32,742 nucleotides of DNA, from positions 1 through 32,742 of the forward strand of contig JBHLPJ010000001.1 of the NCBI GenBank assembly GCA_048939565.1, in the 5' to 3' direction. The DNA comes from Promethearchaeota archaeon. GTDB lineage: Archaea > Asgardarchaeota > Odinarchaeia > Odinarchaeales > JBHLKK01. The notes beneath the pieces are model-generated. The model had not been told where the DNA came from. It saw only the letters and a program-made list of their open reading frames with translations, and ran no database searches. Shown here one piece after another: positions 1 through 7,862 of this stretch. Position numbers and translations under genes: made by a program. Within the stretch, counting starts at the first letter, position 1; every line of letters starts with the position of its first letter.

Positions 1-197
1 ATTATGTGTTTAGCGTTCCATACCCCGAGGGGGTCATCCGCATCCGGTAATGGCTCTATTAGAATTGTATTCTCTTTACTGTCTATTCTCAGATTTGTTT
101 TTGTGGTTTCTTCTATTTTCTTTTTTATCTCACCGTTTTTGCCTATGATTACTCCAAGTCTGTTTTCCGGAACTTTTAGGAATTCTTTGGAAATCAC
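1..197 (-). CDS. KH-domain RNA-binding protein (Dim2/Pno1-like), partial; the 3' end runs off the window
   Basis: My own translation of the minus strand from GTG at 197-195 gives VISKEFLKVPENRLGVIIGKNGEIKKKIEETTKTNLRIDSKENTILIEPLPDADDPLGVWNAKHI, which contains the KH motif IGKNG. The start overlaps the Rio1 stop as GTGA. A KH gene downstream of rio1 is a conserved archaeal arrangement. The gene is absent from the ORF track (non-ATG start, truncated). Confidence 0.65.
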   Translation of the reverse strand, partial: MISKEFLKVPENRLGVIIGKNGEIKKKIEETTKTNLRIDSKENTILIEPLPDADDPLGVWNAKHI

Positions 198-1027
198 TTG
201 ACCTTTCCTCCAACAATATTGCGGTAAACGGTCTCTGTGGTGGGTATTTCATTAACAAGAGGACGAAAATAGCGGAGTATATTTTTTATGTCTCTCAAAA
301 GGAATTCTTGTGCCAAGGGATGTTGTATAAGTACCGCTTGGGATACATCTATGATAACGGGTTCATCCCACAAGAGTATGTTATATTCACTCAAATCTGC
401 ATGAATCAATTTTGCGGTTTGATAAAGATCCCGAATGTATTTAAGTATGATATTCAGAGCATCTTTAGGATCCTCTGGTGCCTTATCTTTAAGTCTCGGG
501 GCAGGTATTCCATCTTCACCTATAAATTCCATGACTAGGACATTATTCCGGACTACTATTGGCTCTGGCACTCTGATTTTCGCCTCTTGCGCCCTCGTTA
601 AGTTTTTGAACTCCTTTGTGGCCCATGTATAGATTAGACTTCGTGTATCTTTCTTTATCTTTGTGAACCTAGGATCACCTTGAACATAAACGAACATTCT
701 TTTGAAATCGGCAGTTGTTGTTCTGTAGATCTTAACGGCATATTCCTTCTCATCTCCCCCTTTTGCCCAGTAGACGTTTGCCTCTTTTCCAGTAGACACA
801 ACGCCAAAGAGCTCGCTAATTACTCCTGAGTTAATTAGATGATAAAGCGTGAGGAGTGTGGATCGATCGAATACAGCTTCAACGGCACTGAGGTCTTCGC
901 TCCGCTTTTTCCTAATCCGTCTTTCATCAATTCTCTTCCTTTCAAGGTGGCTGATTGCTTCGTCCACCTCTTCTTTTGGCAAAAAGAAGTTCCCCCAATT
1001 ATATTTTAAGATGGCCTTTCTTCTCAA
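194..1027 (-). CDS. rio1: RIO-type Ser/Thr protein kinase Rio1
   Basis: 277-aa ORF with the motifs STGKEANVY, LIHADLSEYNIL and IDVSQAV typical of RIO1. There is no N-terminal wHTH of Rio2. The ORF overlaps the aIF-1A stop by 29 nt. Confidence 0.9.
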   Translation of the reverse strand: MRRKAILKYNWGNFFLPKEEVDEAISHLERKRIDERRIRKKRSEDLSAVEAVFDRSTLLTLYHLINSGVISELFGVVSTGKEANVYWAKGGDEKEYAVKIYRTTTADFKRMFVYVQGDPRFTKIKKDTRSLIYTWATKEFKNLTRAQEAKIRVPEPIVVRNNVLVMEFIGEDGIPAPRLKDKAPEDPKDALNIILKYIRDLYQTAKLIHADLSEYNILLWDEPVIIDVSQAVLIQHPLAQEFLLRDIKNILRYFRPLVNEIPTTETVYRNIVGGKVK

Positions 1028-1304
1028 GCCATGCTACTTGACCTCGGGTATATCTCCAGACAATATCGCCTCGTGTTTCGTATTGGAAATCCCATGGAAC
1101 CACAAGAACGACATCGTTGTTTCTTATCCATGTTCGCTTTCGCATTCTTCCCGGGATCCGACAAATACGCACAAGACCATCGGCACATTTGACCTTTACT
1201 TTATCGTGGCCTAATAACTGAATAACACTACCAAACATCTCGGCGTCCCTAGGTAATCTTACATATCTGATTGTAGATGGTTGACTTGTCTTCTTTCTAG
1301 GCAA
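999..1304 (-). CDS. eif1a: translation initiation factor aIF-1A
   Basis: 101-aa ORF with an S1-like OB fold. It contains GHDKVKVKCADGLVRICRIPGRMRKRTWIRNNDVVLV, characteristic of eIF1A/aIF1A. Confidence 0.93.
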   Translation of the reverse strand: MPRKKTSQPSTIRYVRLPRDAEMFGSVIQLLGHDKVKVKCADGLVRICRIPGRMRKRTWIRNNDVVLVVPWDFQYETRGDIVWRYTRGQVAWLEKKGHLKI

Positions 1305-1428
1305 TTACTCATCTCCGATGGTTAAGTGCTATCCGTATCTTTTAAATGTGTCCTCTATTGGACAGGAAAGACACGAATTCATAGTGATTCTTAGTATTTA
1401 TATTATATCGACTTTGCTAAAAAACGGT

Positions 1429-2541
1429 TTAATTCTCCGCTGAGTCAGCATCTGCAAGATAATCCTCGGGTGGGAGTAGATATATTCTGTCATTGACTAA
1501 TATCCCCCCTATTTCCTCACTGACTCCTATATCCCAAGGGGGTTTAGAAACCTCAAATGTGTGGAAATATTGTGTATCCATGAGTTGAACGGTATCTGGA
1601 AGAACTGCTAGGACAAGAAAAGTCTTTAATTCTTCTTTGCTGAGTATTTCAGTTTTCCAGACTTTAGTCAAGGAATAAGAAACGTTTTTAAGGCTTCCTA
1701 GATTGATACACCAAACTTTGTCCCCTCTTATTGATATCACCCGATTAGGTAAACCCTTAATGATCAATATATCATTGGTGGCAAAAGAAGGCAATCTCAA
1801 GGCGATTACCGTCCGAGAGACTTTTTTGCCAGATTTATCAATACCCATAAGCTTTCGGGATTCGCGAGAGATTCCCCCCAAGGAATTCTTTATACTGAGG
1901 ACGACTTTGCGTGCCGCACTCAATGAACCAAAATGGATGTTAAACCCCTTTTTCTGCTCTTTAATTTCATAAAAAGCCATTCTATCTTTGGGAATTCTTT
2001 GTATGACATCATCCAAGATTGAGAGAATGGTCTTTCTTTCTTTCTCAGCAACTTTCCGTCCTTTTGCACGCACCTGCAATATTGCTGAATATCTGCTCTG
2101 ACGTATGCTTTTGCATCTTTCGCATATTGTAAAATGCACATTGACCAGAGCATTTCTTTGTACAGTATACGACGGCATAATCAGATCGCTTTTCCCCTTG
2201 GCCACAACCGTGATTGGAACGATTAGATGGCTTTTTCTTTCTTGTTTTGCCTCATTCAGATGAGGAATTACCTTCAAAAATGCAACTTTTGCAGTCAACT
2301 GAACAAAAGACGGTGTGCTCCGATTTATGGCTTCTGCAATAGCTTCTTTATCATTCTGAGTGGCTGAATCAACCCATCGTCCTTTGGATAAAGAGCTCAG
2401 ACATTGGGCACATATTTTGATATCTGAAGACTCCTTAATCTGAAAAAGGGGGTGGTCTTCCTCATAACAAGATTGACACAAACCTTGAAAATATCCCTCT
2501 TTTGTTAGTCTGCTACCACACTTTGCACAAAAAAGCTCCAT
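1429..2541 (-). CDS. NMD3 family protein (archaeal 60S-export NMD3 homologue)
   Basis: 370-aa ORF with N-terminal CxxC...CxxC zinc clusters (CAKCG, CQSCY, CAQC). Its length and layout match archaeal NMD3. Confidence 0.8.
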   Translation of the reverse strand: MELFCAKCGSRLTKEGYFQGLCQSCYEEDHPLFQIKESSDIKICAQCLSSLSKGRWVDSATQNDKEAIAEAINRSTPSFVQLTAKVAFLKVIPHLNEAKQERKSHLIVPITVVAKGKSDLIMPSYTVQRNALVNVHFTICERCKSIRQSRYSAILQVRAKGRKVAEKERKTILSILDDVIQRIPKDRMAFYEIKEQKKGFNIHFGSLSAARKVVLSIKNSLGGISRESRKLMGIDKSGKKVSRTVIALRLPSFATNDILIIKGLPNRVISIRGDKVWCINLGSLKNVSYSLTKVWKTEILSKEELKTFLVLAVLPDTVQLMDTQYFHTFEVSKPPWDIGVSEEIGGILVNDRIYLLPPEDYLADADSAEN

Positions 2542-2568
2542 GAAAAGATATCACACTCAAAAAGATTT

Positions 2569-2865
2569 TTAGACCTTTATAATCTGGGCATGAGGCACGC
2601 CACACACCCATAAGAGACAAGACTTATGTACCATGCCATTAGAAATGGCAAAGTCAACTATTCTCCTACCAATGATGTTCGTTATTGTTGAATTGTCAAT
2701 AGCCTCCTTACACTCCTCTACCGGAATTAATTTTCCACCGTAGAATTTTTCATCTACTCGTAGCCTAATATTCCCCTCTGACAGGGTTTTCCCGAGTAGA
2801 TCCTCATCGCATATTGCCACAAGGACTTCTCCACGAACTTTCATGACATGCATGTATACTTTCAC
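2569..2865 (-). CDS. DUF424 domain protein
   Basis: 98-aa ORF with RGEVLVAICDEDLLGKTL...FYGG...GVPHAQI, the pattern of the archaeal DUF424/COG2412 family. Confidence 0.7.
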   Translation of the reverse strand: MKVYMHVMKVRGEVLVAICDEDLLGKTLSEGNIRLRVDEKFYGGKLIPVEECKEAIDNSTITNIIGRRIVDFAISNGMVHKSCLLWVCGVPHAQIIKV

Positions 2866-2874
2866 TGTAATTCC

Positions 2875-3288
2875 CTACAACGGTTTCAATGATGCTCTAG
2901 CACCACATGCTTTGCATACCAAGAAGAGATATCGATCCTCTTTTTTTATGCTAGTATCGGGTTTCTGACATTCAGGACATACAACATATAGTTTAGTATA
3001 ACGTTCTATGAGTTCATCAAATGTATTTCTGGAAAACCTGCCCTGGAATACGGCTTGTGTATCTCCTAATGTTCCTGCCGTAGCCAGTTCACGAAGAAGG
3101 AATTTCAAAATATGTTTTGGTGGTCTGTTTAGTGTTTCACTAATCTCCTTGAAATTACGAACGAATGTCCTATTTCCTTCTGTGAATGAGTCGACCTTTG
3201 GTATTGTGAAACGTGAATGTTCAAAGACCGTTGAAGGGAGAACAGATCTTGCCCTTTTTAGCATTTCTTTATAATCAAATTCAACCAA
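2875..3288 (-). CDS. eif2b: translation initiation factor aIF-2 beta subunit
   Basis: 137-aa ORF with the central helical domain LLRELATAG and a C-terminal zinc ribbon CPECQKPDT...CKACG. Confidence 0.92.
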   Translation of the reverse strand: MVEFDYKEMLKRARSVLPSTVFEHSRFTIPKVDSFTEGNRTFVRNFKEISETLNRPPKHILKFLLRELATAGTLGDTQAVFQGRFSRNTFDELIERYTKLYVVCPECQKPDTSIKKEDRYLFLVCKACGARASLKPL

Positions 3289-3299
3289 AATAATCGCCC

Positions 3300-4082
3300 T
3301 TATGTTCTTCTATAGTAACCTGGTCTGGGTTCATATATGGCTCCTTCCTTTATAAGGGATATCAAAGCACCTTTGATATCTTTTTTGGAAAACTCAGATA
3401 ATTCTTGGAATAGATCTTCAGCGGAAACACCGTTTTCTCTATATCGCTCTACCAATTCAAATAGAGTTCCCTGAAGTGAGACTTTGCTCTCCATTTCAGC
3501 CTTTGTCTCTTCCGTGGTTTCCAATTCACGTACTATGTAACTGTCTTTGGTGTCTTCTTCAGCCATTTCCGACTTGCTCGGTGCTGGTCTTGCAGGAAGG
3601 TATTCTCTTTTTGCTTCGATTATCTCGAGCTCATGCACTAGCTCCCAGTTTGGATCAACAACTTTATTGATTGCCTCGGGCATTAAGTAAAGCTCGTCTT
3701 CGTATTCACGTATCCTGCCCACTATATCGATTATGTCGCCAATGTTTATTGATTTAATGAGATTTGTGTCTTCTTGCCAAGCCTTTATGCGAATTACTCC
3801 TGTCCCATCGTCTACTGTGAGGGTGGCATAATCTTTTCTGGTTGCATCGGAAGGCGTAGACTCACTATTGGATTCGAATTTTTCAATTACCGTAGCCATA
3901 ATATGGGTCCTTAGTATCTTTAGTCCATATCGTGTGTCCAAGAAGTTGCCTTCCTCGCTTTTGTGATAAGTTCCATAGATTATGTCCGATATGTTTAGTT
4001 TGAATGCGGTTGCTCTCTTTTTGAAGCTGGACTTTTTCAAGGTCTTATGACCACCGTTTCTTCTTGCAATATTCACAAGCAT
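3300..4082 (-). CDS. OB-fold nucleic-acid-binding protein, RPA32/Stn1-like (OB fold plus C-terminal winged helix)
   Basis: 260-aa ORF. The central OB-like segment is LTVDDGTGVIRIKAWQ...GDIIDIVGRIREYEDELYL. An acidic linker follows, then a C-terminal wH-like segment (LISLIKEGAIYEPRPGYY). Family assignment is by pattern only. Confidence 0.5.
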   Translation of the reverse strand: MLVNIARRNGGHKTLKKSSFKKRATAFKLNISDIIYGTYHKSEEGNFLDTRYGLKILRTHIMATVIEKFESNSESTPSDATRKDYATLTVDDGTGVIRIKAWQEDTNLIKSINIGDIIDIVGRIREYEDELYLMPEAINKVVDPNWELVHELEIIEAKREYLPARPAPSKSEMAEEDTKDSYIVRELETTEETKAEMESKVSLQGTLFELVERYRENGVSAEDLFQELSEFSKKDIKGALISLIKEGAIYEPRPGYYRRT

Positions 4083-4400
4083 TGACTACCAAATAATAGT
4101 GACATTCACTTAGAAAAACCTTAAGAATTAAGCACTTAAAGGGATCATTCTGAATCTTAAAAAAACATACGGCAGTTATTCCTGGCAAGAGTCCATAAGA
4201 TTGTTCACTTTCTGGTATCCTAAACATGCAATAAATAAGAGGTACACAATAAATAACTGAGATAGTAGTTCCGAAAGCATTTGCGGACGGAAGAGGGCGT
4301 AGGGTCACTCCCAGAAAGAGCTAATAACATCTTTCAAAGGAAATTGGCAATATCTTTATGAGCTTCCATAACCTGAATATTAGTTGACGGTGTACAAAAG

Positions 4401-4991
4401 GTGGACAAGATTGAGTATGAACCCATCTCAATTCGTGAGTCTCTGGTTGAGATGAAGGACATAGCAGAACTCATGATTGACTTGGCATATTCTGCCGTTC
4501 TTTTTAAAAATAGAGACATAGCCGAAGAAGTCTTGGATCTGGAGGAACGGGTAGACAGACTGGCATATTTGGTTGCCATGAACGCCATGTTGGCCGCCAG
4601 AGACGCAGAGGATGCGGAACAGCTTGAGGCTTTGTTGAGGGTAGCTTCTGCAACAGACAAGATTTCTGATGCGGCAGCTGATATCGCAGCAACAGTTCTT
4701 AAGGGTATCGAGGCGCACCCCTTAATACTCAAGGCGATAAGAGGCTCTGAGGAACCAATTACCAAAGTGAGTATCGATTCCAAATCTCAGCTATGTAAGA
4801 AGGATTTGGGTGAACTAAGTCTAGAGACCGAAATTGGTGTAGACGTCATTGTAATTAAGAGGGGGAAAAAATGGGTATATGATCCTGGCGAAAAAACGAA
4901 TCTTGAGTCCGGGGATATTCTATTTGCCAGAGGTTCACAAACCGGAATCAAAACCCTCTCAGCTCTAGCATCCGGAAAGGAAGGAATTTGA
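4401..4991 (+). CDS. PhoU-like plus TrkA-C domain protein (COG3273-type)
   Basis: 196-aa ORF with a GTG start. The N-terminal helical PhoU-like half has paired acidic helices. The C-terminal half is a TrkA-C/RCK_C-like beta domain (GVDVIVIKRG...LESGDILFARG). Confidence 0.75.
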   Translation: MDKIEYEPISIRESLVEMKDIAELMIDLAYSAVLFKNRDIAEEVLDLEERVDRLAYLVAMNAMLAARDAEDAEQLEALLRVASATDKISDAAADIAATVLKGIEAHPLILKAIRGSEEPITKVSIDSKSQLCKKDLGELSLETEIGVDVIVIKRGKKWVYDPGEKTNLESGDILFARGSQTGIKTLSALASGKEGI

Positions 4992-5605
4992 GGTGGAAAG
5001 AAATCGAGGAAAAGGATAAACTCCTCAAAATCGCTGAATCTCTATTTCGTACATTGAAGCAGAAGTCAGAAAAAATGGTCGATCTGGCTTATTCCGCTCT
5101 GTTATTTAGTAGCAGAGAAATAGCAGAAGATGTCTGTGAAATGGAGGAGAGAATGGATAACCTACACGTGATGTTCGAACAGACGATCATAACGCTGGCT
5201 AGCACAGTTGAAGAGCCAAAGAAACTTCTGAGCTTGCTTAGACTTGGCATAGCAACTGAGAATATTGCTGATGCTGCAAAGGAGATTGCCGAGGTCGTAC
5301 TTCGAGAAATAAAACCCCATCCGGTTTTTACCAGAATAATGTCTGAGACGGATGATACAATTACCCGAGTGAAGGTGGGCTTAGGCTCACCTATAATCAA
5401 TCGAAACGTCGGAGATCTGCATATAAAGGATGAGACCGGTATGAAGATAATAGCAGTTAGACGCGATAATGACTGGCTTTATAGACCTTACAAAGGTGTG
5501 AAGATTAAAGAGGGGGATATATTGATTGCAGAGGGGGCCCAAGAAGGATCGGAACTTTTCGAAAAACTTGTACGCGGAGAAAAAACAGAAAAAACGTCAG
5601 ATTAG
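4988..5605 (+). CDS. PhoU-like plus TrkA-C domain protein, tandem paralogue
   Basis: 205-aa ORF with a TTG start that overlaps the upstream stop as TTGA. It has the same architecture (MVDLAYSALLF...; GMKIIAVRRD...IKEGDILIAEG). Confidence 0.75.
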   Translation: MRWKEIEEKDKLLKIAESLFRTLKQKSEKMVDLAYSALLFSSREIAEDVCEMEERMDNLHVMFEQTIITLASTVEEPKKLLSLLRLGIATENIADAAKEIAEVVLREIKPHPVFTRIMSETDDTITRVKVGLGSPIINRNVGDLHIKDETGMKIIAVRRDNDWLYRPYKGVKIKEGDILIAEGAQEGSELFEKLVRGEKTEKTSD

Positions 5606-5610
5606 GCTGC

Positions 5611-5620
5611 TTTTTTGTTT
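5611..5620 (+). terminator. oligo-T tract after the PhoU/TrkA-C pair
   Basis: TTTTTTGTTT lies 6 nt after the stop codon. Archaeal RNA polymerase terminates at oligo-T runs. Confidence 0.4.
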
Positions 5621-5623
5621 ATG

Positions 5624-5649
5624 ATATTTAGAACATATGTTCTAAATAT
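5624..5649. repeat. perfect 26-bp palindrome ATATTTAGAACAT|ATGTTCTAAATAT followed by T6
   Basis: Read directly: the two 13-nt arms are exact reverse complements with no spacer. A T-run follows at 5649-5654. Confidence 0.8.
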
Positions 5650-5711
5650 TTTTTGAGACTTGAAATAGATTTTAGCCCTCATACCCCAGCCTTCGCAAGG
5701 GGACTTTTCAT

Positions 5712-5724
5712 CGATAAAGTTAAA
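5712..5724 (+). promoter_or_regulatory. candidate BRE/TATA promoter element CGATAAAGTTAAA (copy 1 of 4), upstream of metG
   Basis: Exact 13-mer shared with 19323-19335(-), 28144-28156(-) and 29925-29937(+). It lies 52 nt upstream of the metG ATG. Confidence 0.55.
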
Positions 5725-5775
5725 TAGATTGTTATCATATTCCTTTTTCTACTGAACTAATACTTTTGTGAGGGG

Positions 5776-7815
5776 ATGGAACTATCCAAGAGAAGGATAC
5801 TTGTCACCGCAGCACTTCCTTATGCGAATTATGAACTCCACATAGCACATGCCCGGAGTACCTATATTCCTGCAGATATATACGTCAGATATCAACGCCT
5901 AAAAGGAAATGAGGTTTATTATGTTTGCGGGACTGATGAGCACGGTACTCCTATTTCTGTTGAAGCAGAAAAAGAGGGGGTTTCTCCGAAGGACATTGCT
6001 TATAGATACTATAAATTAGATGTAGAAGATTTTGAGAGACTGGGGATATCTTTTGACAATTTTTCAAGAACAACACGAGAGATTCACTATGAAACAGCTC
6101 AATGGTTCTTTAAGACGCTTTATGATAACGGTCACATTTATTCAAAAACCATAGTCTTACCCTACTGTCCTACCTGCGGAAGGTTTCTGCCTGATCGATT
6201 TGTTATAGGCACTTGTCCCTACTGTGGCTTTGAAGAGGCAAGAGGAGACGAGTGTGAGAACTGTGACAGAGCATTAACAGTAGGAGAGCTTTTGGATCCC
6301 CGTTGTCGTTCCTGTGGAAATCCAGCTGAGGAGAGGGAGAGCGAGCACTGGTTCTTAAGACTCTCAGCCTTTGAGAATAAGCTACGCAAATGGATAGAGG
6401 AAGAAGATCCCATATCAATCTATGGAAAGCAATATATAATACGGCAATATCTCGACGCCGGATTGACCGATATATGTATTAGTCGTGATCTTGACTGGGG
6501 AGTCCCCGTCCCTCTCGAGAAGGCCAAGGGGAAAGTACTCTATGTTTGGTTTGAAAATGTAATAGGTTATGTTGACAGTACTAAGGAGCTTTCAAGAAAA
6601 ATTGGCAAGACGCGACTTTGGGAGGACTTTTGGCTTAAGGAAGAGGATGTCAATACAGAACTTGTTCATTTCATCGGAAAAGGAATAATTTACCATCATT
6701 CTTTACTCTGGCCTGCAATTCTGATGGGGTGTGGCTATAAACTCCCCGATGTCATCCCAACTTATGCGTATGGGAATCTTGAAGGAAAACCAATGTCCAA
6801 GGGCAGAAGATGGTATATTGCCCTAAGAGAATTCATCCAGGCCTTCGGTCCGGATTCGCTGCGTTATTATTGGCTGGCCGTATCTCCACTCACAGAAGAT
6901 GCTGACTTCAATTGGACAGAATTTGAAAAACGATATAACGATGAGCTTGCAGATGTGCTGGGGAACTTCGTTCACCGAGCGTTAATGTTTGTGGATAGAT
7001 TCTTTGAAAAGAAAATTCCCGAAGCAGTAGAATACGATGAGTATGACCATCAAATCGAAGAACACATTAATGAGACTCAAAAGGCAGTAAGCGAAAGTAT
7101 CGAAAGATTTGAGTTCAGGTCAGGACTTCTAAGTATTATGAATCTAGCCAGAGTGGGAAACAAATACTTGAATGATAAAGAGCCCTGGGCCACGGTAAGA
7201 ACAGACCCAGAAAAAGCGAAAACCGCAATAAATATCTGCGTTCGCATTGTAAAAGCATTCGCCGTTTTGTTAGAACCATATCTACCATTTACAGCGGAAC
7301 GGATCTGGAACATGCTCAATTTTGGGGGAAGTGTTCACGAGAAACAATGGGATATAGCGCTGGAAGATGTTTCAGCGGGACATGAGATTGAGACCCCGAA
7401 GCCGCTTTTTATAAAACTTGAGAAGGATCATATAGAGGCGCAACGAAAAAAGGTCCTTCAAAGACTAAAAGATGCGGATATGCCAGGGGAAAAGATATCA
7501 GTAGAGGAATTTGCCAAATTAGACATCCGTGTCGGGAAGATAGTTGAAGCAGAGAGAGTAAGGAATTCAGATAAGCTGGTCCGTCTAGAAGTAGATATTG
7601 GTGAAAGGATTCCCCGTCAAATCGTCGCCGGAATTCTTCCCCAATATAAGCCGGAAGACCTTATGAATAAGAGGATTGTCATTCTAGCCAATCTCAAACC
7701 AATAAAAGTGAGAAACATCAGAAGTGAAGGGATGCTCCTTGCCGTCATTGATGAGGGAAAAATAGTCTTACTTACTTTAGATAAGGATGCTAAGCCCGGA
7801 GCAAGAATAGGATAA
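5776..7815 (+). CDS. metG: methionine--tRNA ligase with a C-terminal Trbp111/EMAP-like tRNA-binding domain
   Basis: 679-aa ORF with a HIGH-type motif (HIAHARS), zinc knuckles (CPTCG, CPYCG, CENC, CRSCG) and a KMSKS-like PMSKG. The C-terminal OB domain reads LDIRVGKIVEAERV...LVRLEVDIGE. Confidence 0.97.
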   Translation: MELSKRRILVTAALPYANYELHIAHARSTYIPADIYVRYQRLKGNEVYYVCGTDEHGTPISVEAEKEGVSPKDIAYRYYKLDVEDFERLGISFDNFSRTTREIHYETAQWFFKTLYDNGHIYSKTIVLPYCPTCGRFLPDRFVIGTCPYCGFEEARGDECENCDRALTVGELLDPRCRSCGNPAEERESEHWFLRLSAFENKLRKWIEEEDPISIYGKQYIIRQYLDAGLTDICISRDLDWGVPVPLEKAKGKVLYVWFENVIGYVDSTKELSRKIGKTRLWEDFWLKEEDVNTELVHFIGKGIIYHHSLLWPAILMGCGYKLPDVIPTYAYGNLEGKPMSKGRRWYIALREFIQAFGPDSLRYYWLAVSPLTEDADFNWTEFEKRYNDELADVLGNFVHRALMFVDRFFEKKIPEAVEYDEYDHQIEEHINETQKAVSESIERFEFRSGLLSIMNLARVGNKYLNDKEPWATVRTDPEKAKTAINICVRIVKAFAVLLEPYLPFTAERIWNMLNFGGSVHEKQWDIALEDVSAGHEIETPKPLFIKLEKDHIEAQRKKVLQRLKDADMPGEKISVEEFAKLDIRVGKIVEAERVRNSDKLVRLEVDIGERIPRQIVAGILPQYKPEDLMNKRIVILANLKPIKVRNIRSEGMLLAVIDEGKIVLLTLDKDAKPGARIG

Positions 7816-7817
7816 GC

Positions 7818-7822
7818 TTTTT
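7818..7822 (+). terminator. short oligo-T tract after metG
   Basis: TTTTT lies 3 nt after the stop. This is a weak signal. Confidence 0.3.
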
Positions 7823-7862
7823 AGTTTATTAGCGCGTTTAGCCTGTTTTCAGGGATTCCACA

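Noticed and set aside
4-201. 65-aa plus-strand ORF at the window start
   Set aside because: It is antisense to a much better KH-domain reading frame on the minus strand. Its composition is hydrophobic and Ser/Phe-rich, typical of an antisense artefact.
4045-4308. 87-aa minus-strand ORF in the 4083-4400 divergent intergenic region
   Set aside because: It overlaps the 5' end of the RPA-like gene and has an odd composition (C, F, Y-rich). I recognise no family. The region is more likely promoter DNA.
4334-4783. 149-aa minus-strand ORF rich in Ala and Ser
   Set aside because: It lies entirely antisense to the PhoU-like/TrkA-C gene, which has clear domain patterns. Its low-complexity A/S composition is the mirror of the E/A/L-rich sense frame.
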